Of a stretch of 64,000 nucleotides of DNA, positions 49,535 to 60,547 are shown piece after piece (the first letter of the stretch is position 1; every line of letters begins with the position of its first letter). Both the position numbers and the translations under genes were made by a program. The notes beneath the pieces were generated by a model. The model did no database searches, had not been told where the DNA came from, and saw only the letters and a list, made by a program, of their open reading frames with translations. The stretch spans positions 480,001-544,000 of the forward strand of contig CAWDVE010000013.1 of NCBI GenBank assembly GCA_963805625.1, written 5' to 3'. This DNA comes from an uncultured Candidatus Rokubacteria bacterium (GTDB taxonomy: Bacteria > Methylomirabilota > Methylomirabilia > Rokubacteriales > DASRDR01).

Positions 49535-49855
49535 TCGCGCGCGGCGCGGATCGTCGTCGACACGAGCCTCCATGCCGACGACATGGCGCTGGAGGACGCG
49601 CAGCGCTTCATGGTCGAGCGGGCGAACCTCACCGAGCCGACGGCGCGGGCCGAGGTCGCGCGCTACGCCGCCTGGCCCACCCAGGCGTCGGCCTACCTGG
49701 TGGGCTGCCTCGAAATCCTCGCGATCCGGGCGCGCTACCTCGCGCGCGTGGGCGGCAGCGGCGCGGCGACCCTCCGCGCCTTCCACGACCGTCTGGCAAG
49801 CAGCGGGGGACTCCCGCCCGCCCTGGCGGAGCGCGCGCTCACGAACGAGCGCTGA
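49535..49855 (+). pseudogene. DUF885 family C-terminal fragment
   Basis: RAARIVVDTSLH, AEVARYAAWPTQASAYLVG, LRAFHD...GGLP. Confidence 0.75.
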
Positions 49856-51047
49856 GCGGGCCGCGCTCCTCGGTGGCGCGCGGGGCGGAGCTTGTCAGGG
49901 CCTCGGCGGCCACGAGCGCGCCGATCAGGCAGAGAGCCAGGAAGAAGTAGGGCCCGTCGCGGTCGATCCACCCGCCGGCGAACAGAAGCCAGGCGGCGGC
50001 GAGACCGACGAGACGAAACCGGGCCCGGGGTCCGGATCCTGCCGGTAGCGAGCGGAGAGCGAGCAGCCCTGCCGCCGGAACAGCGTAGACGAGATGGTGG
50101 ACCTCAGAGAGCGGGGTAATCAGCGGCTGGGCGAGGAGATAGAGGCAGAAAATCCAGAGCTCCTGCCCGGCCGTTCGCCGTCGCCGGGACAGGATCTCCA
50201 CGACGGCGAGCCCGAGCAGCGGCAGGCTCGCGCCCACCGCCCGTCTCCAGAAGGCCTGGTCCCACGCCGGCACGAGCGCCCCGAGAGCGCCGTTCACCGA
50301 GAAGCGGACGCCGCGATGTGCAGGGTACTCCGAATGCAGACGCGGCAAGAGGACGGAGTGTAGATAGTTCCGGTAGGCCTGTCCGCCCTGCGCGCCGGGG
50401 AAGACGACGGGAGCGAGCACGAACGCGGCGCTCAGGCCAAGGCACAGGACAATCGCAGCCCATCGTCGACGGATAGCCAAGAAACCGAGAAACAACGCCG
50501 GGGTGAGCTTCACGGCGATGGCGGCCGCCAATGGCCACGCCGACCCGAGCGTCCGGCGCCTGAGATACGCTCTCAGGCTCAGCACACAGAGCAAGAGAAT
50601 CTGGAAGTTGACTTGTCCGTTGAGCAGGTTGTTCTGGATGGGATCGAAGAGCAGGAACCAGAGCGCGACCAGCGGGACGGTCAGCGGCACGTCGGGCCGG
50701 ATGACGCCTTCCGCACGCGCCAGGCCAACGGTCACCCGGACCGCGCCGAGAAGCGACGCCACGCTCGCGAGGAACCACACGATCGTGGCCACGTCTGGCG
50801 GCACGGCCGTCAGCGGCCCGAGCACTGCGGCGAGGAACAGCGGGTACATGTACGGCAAGGTCCCGCCGATCGCATACGGGTTCCGCCCAGCGATCAGGGC
50901 TCGGGCGGCGTCGAGATACATCGTGAAGTCGTTGCCGTTGACCCGATGCGCCTTGTGGAGCACCCCGAGGGCCAGGACCACGACCGAGATACCCCACAGG
51001 CACGCGCTGCTCACCCGGGCGAGACGGCTCGAGAGAAGGGCACCCAC
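49839..51047 (-). CDS. GT87/DUF2029 membrane glycosyltransferase
   Basis: NDF..Y, YMYP, NGQVN, AVKLTPA, HHLVY; polytopic. Confidence 0.82.
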   Translation of the reverse strand: MGALLSSRLARVSSACLWGISVVVLALGVLHKAHRVNGNDFTMYLDAARALIAGRNPYAIGGTLPYMYPLFLAAVLGPLTAVPPDVATIVWFLASVASLLGAVRVTVGLARAEGVIRPDVPLTVPLVALWFLLFDPIQNNLLNGQVNFQILLLCVLSLRAYLRRRTLGSAWPLAAAIAVKLTPALFLGFLAIRRRWAAIVLCLGLSAAFVLAPVVFPGAQGGQAYRNYLHSVLLPRLHSEYPAHRGVRFSVNGALGALVPAWDQAFWRRAVGASLPLLGLAVVEILSRRRRTAGQELWIFCLYLLAQPLITPLSEVHHLVYAVPAAGLLALRSLPAGSGPRARFRLVGLAAAWLLFAGGWIDRDGPYFFLALCLIGALVAAEALTSSAPRATEERGPLSARS

Positions 51048-51206
51048 GCCGGACCACTCTAGCCGCGCCGGGAGGCTGGCGGCAAGACGGCTGGACGCGC
51101 CTCATGGACCGGCGGGCGGCGACGGCGAGCGTGTACACTGACCCGGGTGGCGTGGCAGCTTCTTGAGCGTTCGTGCCGACAATCCTCGCGAGCGGAGGCG
51201 GTCTTG

Positions 51207-53207
51207 ATGAGCGCACGAAAGATGGACCGAGCGGCGATCGGGTTCGACGAGATCGTCGGCAGCTCGGCGGCGACGTCGGGGCTTCTCGACGTTCAAACGG
51301 TGGGAGCGGGACCGGCGGGCAGCCTGCCGCTGACACCGGAGATGCTCCTCGACGGGCCGAGCGGCGATCTCTTCGGCTGGACCCAGAACGCGGGCATGGG
51401 GTGGGATCCCCGCGAGCTCGGGCGCCCCCAGTTCCTGATCCTCTCGACCCAGGGCGGCATCCGCGCGCCTGACGGCCGGCCGATCGCCCTCGGCTACCAC
51501 ACGGGCCACTGGGAGGTGGGCCTCCTGATGGAGGCGGCCGCGGGCGAGCTGCGCCGGCTCGAGTGCCTGCCGTTCGCCGGCTTCGTCACCGACCCCTGCG
51601 ACGGCCGGACCCAGGGCACGGTCGGGATGATGGACAGCCTCCCGTACCGGAATGACGCCGCCCAGGTCTTCCGCCGGCTCATCCGCTCGCTCCCGACGCG
51701 GCGCGGCGTCCTCGGAGTCGCCACGTGCGACAAGGGCCTCCCCGCGATGATGATGGCGCTCGCCGCGATGCGGGATCTGCCCTGCGTCCTGGTCCCGGGC
51801 GGGGTGACCCTCCCTGCCCGCGATGCGGAGGACGCCGGCACGGTGCAGTCCATCGGCGCGCGCTTCGCCCACGGCGAGATCACGCTCGCACGCGCGGCCG
51901 ACATGGGCTGCCGCGCGTGCGGGTCGGCGGGCGGAGGCTGCCAGTTCCTCGGGACGGCGGCGACGTCTCAGGTCGTCGGCGAGGCGCTCGGCCTCGCCCT
52001 GCCCCACTCGGCCCTGGCGCCGTCGGGCCAGCCGATCTGGCTGGACGCGGCCCGGCGATCTGCGCGCGCGCTGGTGGAGCTCGAGGCGCGCGGGCTCGCC
52101 ATCCGCGACATCCTCACCGACGCGGCCGTGCGGAATGCCATGATGGTCCACGCGGCGTTCGGGGGATCCACCAACCTCCTGCTCCATCTCACGGCGATCG
52201 CCCATGCAGCGGGCCTCCGGCGCCCCACCGTCGACGACTGGACCGAGATCAATCGCCGGGTCCCGCGGATCGTCGACGTCCTGCCCAACGGACCGCGCTA
52301 CCACCCGACGATCCGCGTCTTCATGGCCGGCGGCGTGCCCGAGGTGATGCTCCACCTCCGGCGACTCGGGCTCCTCGAGCTCGGCTGCCTCACCGCCTCC
52401 GGTGACACGCTCGGGCGAACGCTCGACTGGTGGGAGAGCTCCGAGCGCCGCCTCGCCCTGCGGGAGCGACTGCGCGCGCAAGACGGGGTGGATCCCGACG
52501 ACGTGATCATGTCACCGGAGCAAGCGCGAGCCCGGGGGCTCACCAGCACGATCACGTTCCCGCGCGGCAACCTCGCGCCCGAGGGATCCGTGATCAAGAG
52601 CACCGCCATCGATCCCACCGTGGTCGACGCCGACGGCGTCTACCGGAAGACGGGGCCAGCGCGCGTCTTCACGACGGAGCGCGCGGCGATCGCCGCAATC
52701 AAGAGCACGGGGCCCGAGCGTGTGAAGGCGGGCGATGTCCTGGTGCTGATCTGCCGCGGACCGCTGGGCACGGGCATGGAGGAGATCTACCAGATCACGG
52801 CTGCGCTCAAGCACCTGTCGTTCGGCAAGCACGTCGCCGTGCTCACGGACGCGCGCTTCTCCGGTGTCTCCACGGGTGCGTGCGTCGGGCACATCGCGCC
52901 CGAGGCGCTGGCCGGCGGCCCGATCGGCAGGCTTGTCGAGGGAGACCGGGTCCGGATCGTGATCGACCGGAACCGGCTCGAGGGCTCGATCGACCTGGTC
53001 GGCCACGGCGACCGCGAGTGGGACCCCGCGGAGGGTGCCCGTGTCCTCGCTGGCCGGCCGCCCCGACCCGACCTCGCGGCTGATCCCGATCTCCCGCCGG
53101 AGACCCGGCTCTGGGCGGCGCTCCAGGCAGTCGGCGGAGGCACCTGGGGCGGGTGCGTCTACGACGTCGACGCGATCACCGAGGTGCTCGGGCGCGGAGC
53201 CCGCTGA
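51207..53207 (+). CDS. YjhG/YagF-family sugar-acid (D-xylonate-type) dehydratase
   Basis: [50 protein letters not shown]. Confidence 0.92.
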   Translation: MSARKMDRAAIGFDEIVGSSAATSGLLDVQTVGAGPAGSLPLTPEMLLDGPSGDLFGWTQNAGMGWDPRELGRPQFLILSTQGGIRAPDGRPIALGYHTGHWEVGLLMEAAAGELRRLECLPFAGFVTDPCDGRTQGTVGMMDSLPYRNDAAQVFRRLIRSLPTRRGVLGVATCDKGLPAMMMALAAMRDLPCVLVPGGVTLPARDAEDAGTVQSIGARFAHGEITLARAADMGCRACGSAGGGCQFLGTAATSQVVGEALGLALPHSALAPSGQPIWLDAARRSARALVELEARGLAIRDILTDAAVRNAMMVHAAFGGSTNLLLHLTAIAHAAGLRRPTVDDWTEINRRVPRIVDVLPNGPRYHPTIRVFMAGGVPEVMLHLRRLGLLELGCLTASGDTLGRTLDWWESSERRLALRERLRAQDGVDPDDVIMSPEQARARGLTSTITFPRGNLAPEGSVIKSTAIDPTVVDADGVYRKTGPARVFTTERAAIAAIKSTGPERVKAGDVLVLICRGPLGTGMEEIYQITAALKHLSFGKHVAVLTDARFSGVSTGACVGHIAPEALAGGPIGRLVEGDRVRIVIDRNRLEGSIDLVGHGDREWDPAEGARVLAGRPPRPDLAADPDLPPETRLWAALQAVGGGTWGGCVYDVDAITEVLGRGAR

Positions 53208-53474
53208 CGCGCGTGGACGGTCGGCGGCGCCCGGATCCCCCCGCCGGGATGCCTGGCGCAGCGTCGCCCTCCGCACGGGCCGATCTCCTCGCATCACTCC
53301 TCATGCCGAGGGACAGGGCGCATTGAGCAATCGGCCCCTGGGGGCATCCTCCTCCTCGGCACGCTCACCATCCTCGGGGGCGACAACTGGCCCGCCAGTC
53401 TGGGGACTCACGGGCGGAGCGCCCGAATCGATGCCCGGGCATCAGGCCGTCTCAACAGCCAGGAGGGAGTCGAG

Positions 53475-53903
53475 ATGACGGCCGTGGCCCTGTCCGTCCA
53501 CCAGCGTTCCTCCCATCCGGTCCTGCGGCTGCTCCCGGTGCTCGCCATGCTGGCGACCGTGGCGGGGTGCGCCGCCGCTCCCCGGATCGATGTCCCGGCC
53601 GAGCTTCCCCTCCAGACCAACGACCAGCTCTTCACCATCCGGTGGGCGCTCCAGCGGGAGGCCTCCGTCGTGCGGGCGGTGGGACGGACGACTCCCTCGA
53701 TCGACGCCGAGGCCCGGCTGACTCTCGCCTTCTTCGGCCTGGACGCCGGGGGACGCATCGTCAGCCGCGGCACGACCTACCTGCGATCGGAGTTCGGCAC
53801 CCCGTCCATCCCGTTCGCCGTCGAGCTCACGCCGACCGGCAGCGAGGCGAGCTTCGAGCTGCGCATCCTGGACTACCACGTCCCGGGACTTCGCACGAAC
53901 TGA
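53475..53903 (+). CDS. hypothetical lipoprotein
   Basis: AGGAGG SD; LAMLATVAG-C lipobox. Confidence 0.65.
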   Translation: MTAVALSVHQRSSHPVLRLLPVLAMLATVAGCAAAPRIDVPAELPLQTNDQLFTIRWALQREASVVRAVGRTTPSIDAEARLTLAFFGLDAGGRIVSRGTTYLRSEFGTPSIPFAVELTPTGSEASFELRILDYHVPGLRTN

Positions 53904-54077
53904 GCCGCGGCCGCTCGGCCCTCTCTCGCTGCCGCTCTCACACGGCGGCGATTGCAGCAAGCAGGCGATCGCCTCTTGTGGATCGCGGGAGTCCTCGACT
54001 ATCCTGAGCGCGCCCGGACAGGACATCCCTGCCGCGTCGTGCGCGGGGCCTCCCAGAGCCGGACACGGACGCCCCAC

Positions 54078-55029
54078 GTGACGCCAGAACCGCCCTCGGC
54101 ACAGCTCGCCCACATCGGCGGGTCCGGCACGTGGGCTTTCCCTTACCCGGATGGCGCCCTGGACGGCCACCCGCACCTGTCGGTCGAGGTGGTGCAGGCC
54201 GGACATCCGGGTTGCGACCCCGTATGGCCCGTCGCCCTCCTTCCGCCTCTGCCGGCTGACCGACGGCCGCACGCGCCGGTCGACGGACTACCTTTACGTA
54301 TGGATGCACGGAATCGACCCTGAGAACCGATCGGAAGCCCCGGGCACCAGCGGGCGGGCCAGCGAGCGCGTGTTCGACGTGCTGCGGCGCGCCGGGGTCC
54401 GTCGCGTGATCGTCGACAACAGCACGGGCGGCGTCGCCGAAGACCTCCGCCCCTGGGACCTCGCTGTGGTGGGCGACGTCCTCGACCTCTCCAGCGTCGT
54501 GCCGCGCCCGGTGCCCCCGGGGCTCATCCGGTTCCGCGAGGCGCTGTGCCCCCGGCTCGGCCGCAACCTGGAGGGGGCCGCGCAGCGTGGCCTGCCGCGC
54601 TTGGCGGCGCAGGCTGGGGCCGGCGTGAGTCCCAAGGTCAAGCCTGGCGCCCTCTACGTTCACAGCCCCGGCCCCTGGTTCGAGACGCCGACAGAGGACC
54701 GCCTCTACCGCCGGCTCGGGCTCGATCTCGTGGGCAAGACGGCCGGCCCCGAGTATCGCCTGGCCCGGATGTACGGCATGTGTCTCGGCATTCTCTCGAT
54801 CGTGGTCAACCCGGCGGAGGGGCTCGGGGAGTTCGAGCACGCCGACCTCCGCGCGATCTATCGCCGCTGCGGACCGGCCATGGCCCGCATGGTCGTGGAG
54901 GCTCTCGCCGAGGCCGCCGCCGAACCCCACCGCGCCGACGGCTGTCACTGCGCCGATGAGCGCAGTGGCTCGCTCTTCCGGGAATTCTCCGTTCACGCCC
55001 GCTATGGAGGAGACCGCCACCATGGCTAG
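54078..55029 (+). CDS. MTAP/purine nucleoside phosphorylase-like protein (+1 indel at about 54200)
   Basis: HIGGSG in one frame, then TPYG, GPWFETPTE, PEYRLAR, VVNPA and C-terminal CHC in the next frame. Confidence 0.8.
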
Positions 55030-56071
55030 CCACCGCACCCTGCTCCCGCTCGCCCTCTCGCTCCTCCTGGGTCTCGGTTGGGGCCTCGGCTGGACCGCGC
55101 CGCCCCCGGCCGCCGCCCAGACGGAGGTCCGGACCCAGCTCGGGTGGCTCCGCAACGGGGAGTTCGCGCCCGTCATGGTCGCCGAGGCCAAGGGCTTCTT
55201 CACCGAGGAAGGCATCCGGCACCGCATCATGGACGGCGGCCCGGGCAAGAACCCCGTGCCCATCGTGGGGGCGGGGCAGGCGACTTTCGGGATCACGGCT
55301 GGCGGCAACAACGTCTTCCAGGCCCGGCTCGCGAAGGATCCCGTGGATGTCGTGGCGGTGGGAACGCTCCTCCAACGGGGCCCCTACAGCTACATCACCC
55401 TGGCGAATCTCGCCGACCCTGACCCGAAACCGAAGGACCTCGAGGGCAAGGTCGTCGGGATGCAGTCCGACGGCGAGATCTTCCTCAAGGCGTTCGCCAA
55501 GAAGCACGGAGTGGATCTCTCGAAGGTGAAGGTGGAGGTCGTCCAGGCCAATGCCGAGCCGCTCCTGGTGGGCCGCGTCGACTTCTTCACGGGCTGGGTG
55601 ACCAACCAGCCGTACCTGATCGAGCAGGAGATCGCCAAGCCCGACGCGATGCCCCGCCTCCGGGGCAAGACCTGGAAGGCGATGCGCTACGCCGACTGGG
55701 GGATCCGGAGCTACTCCGACGTCATCTTCGCGACCGGGAAGACCGTCCGCGAGAACCCCGATCTGGTCCGGCGTTACGTGCGGGCGGTGGCGCGGGCCAT
55801 GCAGTACATCCTCGAGAACCCCGAGGAGACGGTGCAGATGGTGGCGAGCTTCCCGGACCAGGTCGAGAAGGCGGACAAGCTCGCGTGGCGCTGGAAGATC
55901 CAGAACGCCCTGTTCACCAGCGAGGACACCAAGAAGAATGGTCTCCTCTGGATGAACCCGGCCGTCTGGGACGAGATGATGGCCTTCTACAAGGAGTACG
56001 AGCAGATTCCGCGTGTCGTCCCGGCTGACGAGATGATGACCAACGGGTTCAACCCCGGCATCAAGCGCTGA
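55022..56071 (+). CDS. NMT1/THI5-type ABC substrate-binding protein
   Basis: Signal peptide; QLGWLRNGEFA, KGFFTEEGI, DLEGKVVG. Confidence 0.88.
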   Translation: MASHRTLLPLALSLLLGLGWGLGWTAPPPAAAQTEVRTQLGWLRNGEFAPVMVAEAKGFFTEEGIRHRIMDGGPGKNPVPIVGAGQATFGITAGGNNVFQARLAKDPVDVVAVGTLLQRGPYSYITLANLADPDPKPKDLEGKVVGMQSDGEIFLKAFAKKHGVDLSKVKVEVVQANAEPLLVGRVDFFTGWVTNQPYLIEQEIAKPDAMPRLRGKTWKAMRYADWGIRSYSDVIFATGKTVRENPDLVRRYVRAVARAMQYILENPEETVQMVASFPDQVEKADKLAWRWKIQNALFTSEDTKKNGLLWMNPAVWDEMMAFYKEYEQIPRVVPADEMMTNGFNPGIKR

Positions 56072-56154
56072 CCGGGCGGCGAGTCGAGAAAAGGTCCGCC
56101 GGGACGTCCGGCCGCGCGCCTGGCACCGCGGCTGGTCGATCGGAGCCTGATCGC

Positions 56155-56931
56155 GTGCTCCCGATCTCGATCCGCGGCGTCTCCCGCCGCTTCGACGCGA
56201 CGCTCGCGCTGGACCGAATGGATCTCGAGGTGCGCGCCGGGGAGTTCGTCGCCCTGGTCGGCCCCTCCGGCTGCGGCAAGACGACGCTCCTCCGGATCGT
56301 CGCCGACCTCGAGTCCCCGTCGAGCGGCGAGGTCCGGATCGGCCCCCAGCCTGCCGGCGCCGCCCGCGCGCAGCGCCTGCTGGGGCTCGTGTCGCAGCGG
56401 CCCGCCGTCCTGCCCTGGAAGCGCGCCATCGACGACGTCCTGTTCACCCAGCGCATCGCGCGGCGCGCGGGCTTCCCCGCCGGCGAGCTCCTGCGGGAGT
56501 TCGGGCTCGAAGGGCACGAGGAGAAGCGCCCTCACCACCTCTCGGGCGGCATGCTCCAGCGAGTCAACATCGCGAGCGCGCTGGCCCACGATCCTCCCGT
56601 GCTGCTGATGGACGAGCCTTTCTCGGCCCTCGACGAGATGAAGCGGGAGGAGCTCGGGGAGTGGCTCGGCCAGGAGCTCGCGCGGCGGCCCAAGACGGTC
56701 CTGTTCGTCACGCATCACATCGACGAGGCGGTGCTCCTGGCGGACCGCGTGCTGGTCTTCTCCCCCGCCCCGGGCCGCGTCCTCGAGCTGGTCCCGGTGC
56801 CGGCGGCGCGCCCCCGCGGTCCGGAGTTCCGGCGCGATGCGGGATTCGTGGAGACGGCAGCCCACATCCGGCGGCTCCTCTTCCGGGCCTCGGGGGCCGG
56901 CGCCCGGGTGTCCGCCACGGTGCCGAAATGA
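56155..56931 (+). CDS. ABC ATPase (TauB/SsuB-like)
   Basis: GPSGCGKT, LSGGM, MDEPFSALD, VTH. Confidence 0.93.
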   Translation: MLPISIRGVSRRFDATLALDRMDLEVRAGEFVALVGPSGCGKTTLLRIVADLESPSSGEVRIGPQPAGAARAQRLLGLVSQRPAVLPWKRAIDDVLFTQRIARRAGFPAGELLREFGLEGHEEKRPHHLSGGMLQRVNIASALAHDPPVLLMDEPFSALDEMKREELGEWLGQELARRPKTVLFVTHHIDEAVLLADRVLVFSPAPGRVLELVPVPAARPRGPEFRRDAGFVETAAHIRRLLFRASGAGARVSATVPK

Positions 56932-57695
56932 CACGCGCCCTCGGCCGAGCTCTGGTACAGGTCGTGATGCCGGTCGTCTCGATCCTGATCCTCTGGTATC
57001 TCGCGATCCTGACCACGGGCCTGCCGGCCTTCGTCATCCCGCGCCCCGAACGTGTCTTCCAGGCGCTGGTGGCCGATCGGGGGCTCATCACGCGTCACCT
57101 GATCGAGACGCTGAAGGCCGCGGCGGTGGGGTACGTCCTCGCCAACGTCGTGGGGATCGGTCTCGCCGCACTGCTGGTCGCGCTCCCCGTGGCGCGCCAG
57201 CTGGTCATGCCGGCTGCGATCACGCTCCGGAACGTGCCCTACGTGGCTCTGGTCACGGTCCTGTCGCTGGCGCTCGGTGACACCCTCGGCTCCAAGGTCG
57301 CGATCGTCGTGCTGGCGGGATTCTTTCCTGTCATGGTCAACACGTACCGGGGCTTTCTGGCCGCGGATCCGGTGGTGCTCGACCGGATGCGCGTCCTCAG
57401 CGCGAGCCCGCTCGAGACCTTCCTCCACGTTCGCCTGCCCTACGCGCTTCCGTACATCGTCTCCGCGCAGGAGATCACCGGCAGCGGGAGCATCATCGTG
57501 GCCATCGCCGCCGAGTGGATGATCTCGGGCTCGGGGCTCGGCTACGTGATCAACCGCGCCATGCAGCAGTACCGCGGCGACCAGGTGTACGCGGTCGCGC
57601 TCCTGGCGGCGCTCCTCTCGTTCCTCGTGTACTCCGCGGTCCACGTCATAGGGCGGCGCCTCGACTGGCAGGGAGCCGCGCGGGACCGCGCGTGA
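56928..57695 (+). CDS. ABC permease (TauC/SsuC-like)
   Basis: FFP, RLPYALP, AEW...GLG. Confidence 0.9.
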   Translation: MTRALGRALVQVVMPVVSILILWYLAILTTGLPAFVIPRPERVFQALVADRGLITRHLIETLKAAAVGYVLANVVGIGLAALLVALPVARQLVMPAAITLRNVPYVALVTVLSLALGDTLGSKVAIVVLAGFFPVMVNTYRGFLAADPVVLDRMRVLSASPLETFLHVRLPYALPYIVSAQEITGSGSIIVAIAAEWMISGSGLGYVINRAMQQYRGDQVYAVALLAALLSFLVYSAVHVIGRRLDWQGAARDRA

Positions 57696-57708
57696 GCGCC
57701 TCCGCTCC

Positions 57709-58335
57709 GTGATGCGCGCGTCCTCGCATACCTGGGGTCTCGCCGCGGTCGCAGCGGCGGGCATCGTCGCCGTCAGCGCCGTCGTGGCCGCAACCGGCGT
57801 CCTGCCGGGCGAGTCGGCGGTGCGTGCCGTGGTCCGCGGAGCTTCGTCCCCCGAGATGAGGTCCCTTGCCCGTACCATCCGCCCCCTGGGCACGTGGTGG
57901 GGGATCGTTCCCGGGGTCCTGCTGCTCCTGGCCATGTCGCGTCACGCCCGCCGGCGGTGGTGGCTGTGGGGCCTGGCCCTCATCGTGGCACCGCTGGCCG
58001 GCGAGGCCCTGCAGGAGCTGGTGGGTCGGCTCCGGCCCCGGGGCCCGGCCCTCGGCTTTCCGAGCGGACACGCCACCGCCGTCGCGGCCTTCGCTGTCGC
58101 GACGATTTACCTGGTCGAGCGCTCGAGACTGCCGCGCGCCCTGCGGGCGGCCATCGCGCTCCTGGCCGTGATCCTGACACTCGCCGTCGGACTTTCGCGG
58201 ATCGTGCTCGACGCCCACTGGCCCCTCGACGTCGTCGCGGGATTCGCGCTCGGCGCCGCCGGCACCGCCGCCGCGGCCTGGTGGGACACGTCCCACCCGC
58301 CAGAGCAGCCAGAGAAGCCTCCGCGTAGCCGATAG
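57709..58335 (+). CDS. PAP2 family phosphatase
   Basis: GRLRP, FPSGH, SRIVLDAHWPLDV. Confidence 0.88.
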   Translation: MMRASSHTWGLAAVAAAGIVAVSAVVAATGVLPGESAVRAVVRGASSPEMRSLARTIRPLGTWWGIVPGVLLLLAMSRHARRRWWLWGLALIVAPLAGEALQELVGRLRPRGPALGFPSGHATAVAAFAVATIYLVERSRLPRALRAAIALLAVILTLAVGLSRIVLDAHWPLDVVAGFALGAAGTAAAAWWDTSHPPEQPEKPPRSR

Positions 58336-58827
58336 CGCCTCGGTTCAGATTGAGACTCTGTGCCATCGCCAACCGCCACCTCGAGGGCACCCAGCGCGCG
58401 TACCGGGAGGCCGGGCTCGAACACGCGAAACGGGAGCTCCTTCCTCGCCACGCATGCCTGTTCAGATGTGGGCCTGATCTGGAAGACGCTCTCCCAGGTG
58501 GCGGACATTCCCGTCATCGGGACCCCGCTGCGGTTCATCTCGTCGGCGCCGGCGGGGTGCCTCGCGCCGGAGGCCCCATCGGGCCCCGGCACGTCGCCCG
58601 CGATCCGCTCGGATCCCGCGCTCCCCCGGCCTAACCGCGCTGTACACGGTTCCCAGCTGAGCCCACGCGCCCGTTCACCCATACAATTGGGCAGGCGCGG
58701 GGCGGGCCGGGCGGTCGGCAACCACGTCCGGTGCCACGAGCCGGCTCTCCGGAGTGGCGGGTCGGCCGGCCGACGCCTCCACCGGCAGCTCGAGCGGTCT
58801 CCCTAGAGGACGAAGGCGAGGGTCTGG

Positions 58828-60546
58828 ATGCAGAGATGGCAGCCCCGGACGCTGACCGGGGTGGCGTTCCTCCTGGCCGCGGTGCTGTTCTTCGCCCGGC
58901 TCGGCGACCTGCCGCTCATCGACCCCGATGAGGGGCGAAACGCCGAGGTCGCGAGGGAGATGGCCGAATCCGGCGCGTGGGTGGTGCCGACCTTCAATGC
59001 GATTCCCTACCTCGACAAGCCGGCGCTCTACTTCCGCGCGGTCGCTTTCTCGTTCAGCGCCTTCGGGCGCAGCGAGACCACCGCCCGTCTGCCCTCCGCG
59101 CTGAGCGCCGCGGCCCTGGTCGTCATGATGTTCGTGTTCTGCCGGCGCGTCTATGGCGAGCGGACGGCCGCGTTGACCGTGCTCGTCCTGGCGACGACCC
59201 CCCTCGTGATCGGCTTCGCGCGGCTGGTCATCTTCGACATGCCGCTCGCACTGTTCATGTCCGCTGCCATCCTGGCCGGCCACCTTGCCGAGGAAGACGC
59301 GGAGCCGACGCGCCGGCGATGGCTCCTGCTCGGCGCGGCCTCGAGCGCGGTCGCCACCCTGATCAAGGGGCCGGTGGGATTCCTCGTGCCGGGCGCGGTC
59401 CTGGCGGTCCTCCACCTCGTCGAGCGGCGCCCGCGGGCGATCCTGCGCATGCTGGCGCCGGTGAATCTCCTCGTCTTCCTCGCCCTCGTCCTGCCGTGGT
59501 TCGTCGCCCTCCTCCACGAGCACCCCGAGTTCCTCCACTACGGCCTGGTCGAGGAGACCATGCGCCGCTACCTCACCACGACCTTCCGCCGGAGCGAGCC
59601 CGTCTACTACTACGGGCCGATCCTGCTGCTGGTCTTCTACCCGTGGAGCGTGCTCTTGCCCGAGGCCGTGGTGGCGGCCTGGCGGAGCCGCGCCCGGTGG
59701 ACGCGGACCGACCGCTTCTTCATCGTGTGGGCGGTGGTCGTGGTGGTCTTCTTCTCGAGCTCGCAGTCCAAACGCCCGGGCTACATCCTCCCGGGCATCG
59801 TCGCGCTCGCGGTCCTGACGGGGCGCCTGTTCGACCACGCCCTCGCCGGAAGGGAGAACCGGGCCGTCCGGCTCATCCTCCGCGGAGCGCTCGGGGTCGC
59901 GATCCTCAGCGCTGTCGCTGCCGGCGCGCTGTCAGTCAACCTGGGCGGACCGGAGCGCCTCGAGACCCTGCTCGGCTTCGAGAGCAACGAGTTCCGCCGG
60001 CTGCAGCCCGACGTGGGCATTCTCGTCGCGTCCCTCCTGGGCGTGGCGATCATGGCCTCCGCGGTCCGATTCTGGCGCGATGTCCGGCTGGCCCTCGGGG
60101 TGTTCGCGCTCCCCGCGGTCCTGTTCCTGTCGGCCGGTTTCGGCACGGCCGCCCGCTACGCGGAGGCGAGCTCGGCGCGCGCGCTGGCGCGCGCGATCTC
60201 ACCGCTGCCGCCCGGCGCCACGGTCGCCTGTCTCGAGTGCTTCGCCGTCGGTCTGCCCTTCTACGTGGGTCAACCGGTGATCTACATCACCCAGCGTGGC
60301 CGAGGGGGGCTGACCAGCAACTATGTCCGCTACCGCCTGAAGCACGATGCCAACTGGCCGGCGGTGCTCGTCCGGCTGGACGACCGGACGCGGTGGCTGG
60401 CAAGCCAGACGGTGCCCGTGTACGTGCTGACCAAGGACCACGGTCGGCCCTTGCTCGACGACATCGCCAGGTCCCGGGGTGTCCCCGTGGTGGAGCTCCG
60501 CCCGGGCTGGTGGGGCGCCCTCGTGCCTCCGCCGACTCGGTCCTGA
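58828..60546 (+). CDS. ArnT-like (GT83/39) membrane glycosyltransferase
   Basis: DPDEGRNAEVAREM, YLDKP, ARLPSAL, KGPVG, SKRPGYILP. Confidence 0.9.
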   Translation: MQRWQPRTLTGVAFLLAAVLFFARLGDLPLIDPDEGRNAEVAREMAESGAWVVPTFNAIPYLDKPALYFRAVAFSFSAFGRSETTARLPSALSAAALVVMMFVFCRRVYGERTAALTVLVLATTPLVIGFARLVIFDMPLALFMSAAILAGHLAEEDAEPTRRRWLLLGAASSAVATLIKGPVGFLVPGAVLAVLHLVERRPRAILRMLAPVNLLVFLALVLPWFVALLHEHPEFLHYGLVEETMRRYLTTTFRRSEPVYYYGPILLLVFYPWSVLLPEAVVAAWRSRARWTRTDRFFIVWAVVVVVFFSSSQSKRPGYILPGIVALAVLTGRLFDHALAGRENRAVRLILRGALGVAILSAVAAGALSVNLGGPERLETLLGFESNEFRRLQPDVGILVASLLGVAIMASAVRFWRDVRLALGVFALPAVLFLSAGFGTAARYAEASSARALARAISPLPPGATVACLECFAVGLPFYVGQPVIYITQRGRGGLTSNYVRYRLKHDANWPAVLVRLDDRTRWLASQTVPVYVLTKDHGRPLLDDIARSRGVPVVELRPGWWGALVPPPTRS

Positions 60547-60547
60547 G

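Noticed and set aside
49238-49855. Novel amidase-DUF885 fusion protein
   Set aside because: Both parts are non-functional fragments and the junction borders a low-quality segment
58340-58800. Possible gene remnant between PAP2 and ArnT
   Set aside because: Some coding-like patches but no family motif I can recognise
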